Shown here: positions 63,967 to 64,000 of the stretch, in pieces
Layout: each line of letters opens with the position of its first letter
Numbering within the stretch: the stretch's first letter is position 1
Assembly: GCA_944386985.1 (NCBI GenBank)
Contig: CALXDD010000012.1
Location: forward strand, 153 to 64,152
Origin: an uncultured Oscillospiraceae bacterium
Lineage (GTDB): Bacteria; Bacillota; Clostridia; Oscillospirales; Oscillospiraceae
DNA: 64,000 bases
Direction of reading: 5' to 3'
The notes under the pieces: generated by a model
Database searches by the model: none
What the model saw: only the letters and a program-made list of their open reading frames with translations
Told to the model about the DNA's origin: nothing
Position numbers and translations under genes: made by a program

Positions 63967-64000
63967 AAAAACCGCCTTTTCAAATATAAAAGGCGGTTTT
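63967..64000. terminator. Hairpin at the window edge
   Basis: AAAACCGCCTTTT-caaatat-AAAAGGCGGTTTT. Context beyond the window is unknown. Confidence 0.5.

Overview
High-GC, densely coding segment that looks Clostridia/Oscillospiraceae-like (taxonomy not verifiable from here). I read about 60 real genes. Most other entries in the six-frame track are antisense shadow ORFs or N-terminal read-through, as expected in GC-rich DNA. No rRNA gene, intact tRNA gene or CRISPR array was seen.

Layout:
- 1-2.0 kb: tail of an upstream gene plus a VWA protein with two putative metallopeptidase modules.
- 2.1-7.8 kb (minus): orphan ABC importer with a lipoprotein binding protein.
- 7.9-9.1 kb: lower-GC spacer with no convincing gene.
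- 9.1-15.6 kb (minus): PucR regulator plus three URO-D-family (MtaA/CmuA-like) methyltransferase paralogs, a GPH/MFS transporter and a small membrane protein.
- 15.9-17.3 kb: YfcC-type carrier.
- 17.4-26.7 kb (minus): rare-sugar operon with a ribose-type ABC importer, D-lyxose/mannose isomerase, DUF4432-like epimerase, SIS isomerase, hexulose-phosphate 3-epimerase, PfkB kinase and ROK regulator.
- 27.0-33.2 kb: two tandem mgtA P-type ATPases flanking a receiver-truncated OmpR-type regulator.
- 33.4-37.9 kb (minus): ECF sigma, anti-sigma-like protein and an ABC-2 exporter.
- 38.2-42.4 kb: a second PucR / GPH transporter (frameshifted) / URO-D cassette.
- 42.7-47.8 kb: sigma factor, DUF4367-like protein and three uncharacterised membrane or PH-like proteins.
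- 47.9-59.1 kb (minus): the most interesting block.
- 59.4 kb: a tRNA 3'-fragment plus terminator (possible island junction).
- 59.6-63.5 kb: MerR / aldo-keto reductase / flavodoxin module containing a nonsense-interrupted flavodoxin and an internally deleted LysR.

The 47.9-59.1 kb block is co-oriented. In order it holds an invertase-family serine recombinase, an inverted/direct-repeat spacer, a CsrA-like protein with a ~95-aa extension, and a solo TnpB-like gene with two of the three RuvC catalytic residues substituted (TldR-like). Downstream are a GC-rich structured spacer (candidate guide RNA), a short flagellin, and a visibly lower-GC flagellin-modification island.
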